Positions 59,605 to 64,000 of a stretch of 64,000 nucleotides of DNA are shown one piece after another. The notes beneath the pieces are model-generated. The model was given only the letters and a program-made list of their open reading frames with translations, did no database searches and was not told where the DNA came from. Location of the stretch: positions 310,001-374,000 of the forward strand of contig NOWV01000016.1 in NCBI GenBank assembly GCA_003344405.1. Direction: 5' to 3'. The position numbers and the translations under genes are program-made. Origin of the DNA: Trichoplax sp. H2 (taxonomy: Eukaryota). Position 1 is the first letter of the stretch; each line of letters opens with the position of its first letter.

Positions 59605-61975
59605 ATGAAAGTTTTGCTCATTGCATTAGCGGTCCTAGCCGTTGCCAATGCGGCTATTATTGATGCCCGTTAGTTTGTATTTCTTTAAGATCATTTTGTA
59701 ATTGAAATCAAATTCAAATATTCTTTTTACTTTTCCATAATTATAGTAATCGATATCATTGTTGACATTCTTTAATGCTTCTATTTAAATGAGGATAATA
59801 AATCACTTGTATCGATGATTAATTCTTTAACTCAAAACTAGGACATAAAAAAGTCAGTATGCGAGTGATGCTCGCTGACGACTATAACAGGATTGTCGGA
59901 GGAAGTGAGGCTAGCAAACATGAATTTCCTTACCAGATCTCACTTGAGCAACAATATGGCAAAAATTGGTATCATATTTGTGGTGGAAGTATAATTGACA
60001 GCAAATGGGTTCTTACTGCTGCTCATTGTGTTGAGGGTGCTAAAGCACGAAAATTGAGAGTCAATGTTGGCGATCATAATATTGAAGATGCTACTGAACA
60101 GATTATTTCTTTAAGAAGATCGTAAGCAAGCCAATAAACTTGATATTTACTAATTGAATTATAACTTAATAACTAATTCAATTCTAAGGCATGATCCTTA
60201 TTCTCGTCATATATAATAGAACATAATATCATCTTGATTAAATTTGTTCTCCAATTTATTAATATTTGCGCATAAATAACTTATAATTCCATTAGAATTG
60301 TCCATTCTGGCTACGATACTAATAGCCTCGTCAATGATATTGCCTTGCTTGAGTTGTCTGCATCAGCTACAGCCAAGAGCAATACCGCTACAATTCCTTG
60401 TGCTTCACCAGCTATAACCATATCTGATGGAGATACTGTCACTGTAACTGGTTGGGGTACACTTTCATCTGGTGGTTCATCTCCCGATACATTGCATAAA
60501 GTAGATGTGAATTATTTTGATAATTCTAAATGCTTGAGTGCATACGGCAGTGAATTCTTTGCTAATGAAATGTTTTGCGCTGGAGTAAACGGAGGTGGTA
60601 AAGATTCTTGCCAAGGCGACAGTGGCGGTCCAGCCGCTTCTGGTGGAAGATTAGTTGGTGTTGTCAGCTGGGGCTACGGTAAGAATATTATTCTGACATC
60701 GATTGCCAACATATCAGTATATGCAAGCTAGAATAGCATTAGTAGTGTAAGCTAATATTCAAGCATCGATAATAGATAAAATGTATACGAAGAACTTGAA
60801 TAATAGCAACTAGATATAATATTAAAATTTAGACACACATAAGGATAGAAAACTGATCTTATTATTGTAGTACCTTGGTTGTAAGTTGATAACTTTAGTA
60901 ATATGCAGAAATAACATTCAGTTTCTAATAGTTAATAATGTACCAGAGCTAAAATATTCCTTTACTTTTGCATTATTGACATTCCTAACTGCACTTATCG
61001 CACAGTTTATAATTTTAAAATTTAGGTTACAATATAGCTAGTTAATATACCAGTAGTACTAAGCATTCCAATATAAGAGAATTTCGCTATATCCCGATTA
61101 TAATAATATGCAAGAAGTCGTTAAAATATGCGTACTAGCGGAAAAAATTAGGACATCGCGATACACTTTTATTTATAAAAAGATGATATAAACGACATAA
61201 ATTAACAATGGAATATTAAGTACTATAAATGAATATTTGTAAGAGCTAAAATATTCCTTCATTATATTAAAAGACATGCACGCTAGTAACGTTTCAAATG
61301 TAGATGAAGTAGAAAATCTCATCGGGGATGTTACCGTTCGTTAATCGTAGTAAAATGACAATACTTCGTAGAATTAGCAATTTAATATGCAGATGACCTA
61401 AATAAACTGTGTCATGAATTATACATATTGATGTCAATAACTTGTCAAAATGTAAATAAGTTACAAAAATCAAGTTATTCTCCCTACTTTCTGCTTCTGG
61501 ACAAGAAATATAGTTATACACTTGTATTAATATTGCTAAATATTTAAAATTTATCCAATATCAAATGATAACTGCTTAATATCGAATGATATTTCAAAGA
61601 TGTAAATGAGCTAAAACATTGCAAATAGTGTTTATAAATTTGCTAGTATTGATAGTAAATCAAATTTTCATATTGCTATAGATTTTATCATGACAGTTTT
61701 ATTAATTTTTAAACTGAATTAAGATAAATAGAACCTGCTATAACAACATACTAGCAAGATCTAACATTGGCTTAGAGTTATCAGAGTAGCAAATTGAGTT
61801 ATATGAAGAATAATTATACGTACTTAGTTGTAACGTATTATAGAATACCGAATTGAATCCATTTGTGCTATTTTATTCCGTAGGCTGTGCTGATGCACGA
61901 TATCCTGGTGTTTATACGCGTGTCAGCAATTATAAGGATTGGATCGAGGGATATACAGGCCTAACAATCAATTAA
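59605..61975 (+). CDS. Secreted trypsin-like serine protease, 272 aa; exons 59605-59668, 59842-60121, 60296-60678, 61884-61975
   Basis: Signal peptide [16 protein letters not shown], activation site YNR-IVGG, catalytic triad motifs LTAAHC, DIALL and GDSGGP, and S1 Asp (GKDSCQ). The exons total 819 nt in frame. Confidence 0.95.
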
Positions 61976-63776
61976 TTTATTGCTATGGAAACTCTTACCT
62001 GGGGTTATATTCTTTCCTGTAGCAATAGAATGCACATTAGTAACCTAGGATACTAGCAATTAGATGTTATCTTGCTTGTACAGATAGGTCATCTTAAACC
62101 TAGGTTTACTCTAGAATTATACATAGGTATAACAATTAACTTGGTAGGTTGAGATTCTTATAAATTCTCCCTTGTGATAGCATATACGTTTTTTCTAGCG
62201 TTTATAGAATGTCTGTCATGTCAAAGATTGCTTAATTATCGTGTCATTAAAGGATTATTCATGAAATCGTTTATTAATGATATCAAAGGTAGATAATAAT
62301 TAAATTTACAAGTTAATAAATTTTACATTTGGCATTTGATCAGAAAGTAAATGTATCATTTTTGTTGATAGTATAGGTAGTCTTATCAAGACTATACTCT
62401 CGTATTAGTTCTTATCCAGATATTTTATCTAATTTATGTTAATTCACTGAATTACTTTGTACTATAGTCAAATATAAACAAGCTATGAAATAACGTCATA
62501 TTAACATGCAGTAAGCAGTGCAGCTCTAATATATATCATAACCACTCCTACAATTTGGAATGATCCGTCGAATTTCCTCAAGTAAAGTCAAGATATTTCT
62601 ATTTCATTATGAAGATAATTACATTGCTGTTGTAGCACAAACAATTTTCCAGTATCACCATAGAAGCATGTTATGAGACAGTGTTCTATTTAGGTATGAT
62701 TAATATCGTTATGCTTATATTTCTGATGGTGTAAATAGTCCTACTAAATGCGCGTGAATCTCTGCCAAAGATCTCAAATGTTACCTGCCGAATTATATTG
62801 ACGAGCCTATAGTATGAAAAAGGCTAGTTATTGAATTACTAGTAGAGATTAAGACAGTACTGATTAAATACGCGTTATAATTTGGGATTGCCCTGCTAGA
62901 TTTATTTTAGATATGGCTAACGTTCCTAATTCTTCATACTGATTTCGATTTAATTAATCATGATCAGCATATAATCTCTTGCATAATCTTCCATTTAAAA
63001 TAATGTTGTCGATAGTCTTCTCAAGTATTTCAGTTACTAATGATACACATTAATTTCCTGGAATGTAGTAGTAAACAGTTACATGTTATATACTGTTAGA
63101 CAGTATGGGAGCAGTACGGAGATGCGTCAGGGAATGGTGAAGCTTCACTAATATAATAGGCGTTCCTTGTTGTAAACAGGAAGAGACAGTTTCAGACTAA
63201 ACGTAGATACTCCTTGACAATTAAAAGCGGAATCAATTTCCGTAATAAAGTAAAGTTTTGCAGCAAATTGAAGTTTTTATTTCAATACTTTGAGGGACTT
63301 TAATACTAATGTCAACGTCATATTCACTCAACCAGAGATAAAGTGATATAACATAACCCTTTTAGTTAATCAATGGCATGTTTAAAGGTAATAAATTATG
63401 AAATAGGCATGGATTTAAAAATATAAGTAATAATTCATTTAATTTGAGCAGATGGCATCAATATTTTTGTTAAGCTCAGCTTGGCTTACATGAGAATTTT
63501 ATAAATTTCTGTAAAGATATGATTAATACTAGTACTTGGATTTTGAAAATATTGACTGTAATTCACGATTTTCCTCTTGCTATTAATCTTACATAGGAAA
63601 GTAATCATTAATCTGTCATAGAATAATGCAGTGCCTGTACTTATAAATAAGATCCAATGCTAGATAAAGTTATTTGAAAACTATATCAACTTCAATGACT
63701 AGAGAACTGTATGCAGTTATAATATATTTACACAGCGTGCATTAAATTGAATTAATTTGCGCTTTTTGTTCAATAG

Positions 63777-63862
63777 GTTGCGCTCGCCCAGAAACACCTG
63801 GTGTTTATGCCCGTGTCAGCAATTATGAAGCTAGGATTTCTGACACCAAAGCAAAAGCGTAA
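63777..63862 (+). other. Orphan trypsin terminal exon (alternative last exon or gene remnant)
   Basis: AG acceptor followed by (G)CARPETPGVYARVSNYEARISDTKAKA-stop, in the same phase as exon 4 of the neighbouring trypsins. No matching exons 1-3 were seen between 61975 and 63777. Confidence 0.8.
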
Positions 63863-64000
63863 ATGGCACGATTTTATTTTAATTTCGTTGCTGTAACAAA
63901 ATTTCTATCCTTAGCCATACTGTTTACTTGGTAACATAGAAACATAAATTTACTACTTAGAACTTTAGAAATGGTAAATACCGACTTATCTACTCGTATT

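Overview
AT-rich, intron-rich eukaryotic (animal) genomic DNA. Short GT-AG introns, low GC and gene content are most consistent with a placozoan such as Trichoplax; this is an inference, not a database result. Genes reconstructed by reading splice sites, in order: a heme- and CBS-domain cystathionine beta-synthase family gene (+) with unusual active-site substitutions; Sec16 (-); the Fe-S scaffold ISCU (-); a tandem array of three D-cysteine desulfhydrase/ACC-deaminase-family loci (one intact, two pseudogenes); an ankyrin-repeat-only gene of 24 phase-0 exons, each carrying about one repeat; and a trypsin cluster (one pseudogene, one intact gene, one orphan terminal exon). Small inverted-repeat elements, a dispersed 0.5-kb repeat and a 20-N gap with a probable haplotype duplication are also present. 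The main leads are (i) a possible cysteine/H2S/Fe-S gene neighbourhood with two atypical PLP enzymes, (ii) the exon-modular ankyrin array and (iii) a possible alternative C-terminal exon for the trypsin. No tRNA, rRNA or CRISPR arrays were recognised.
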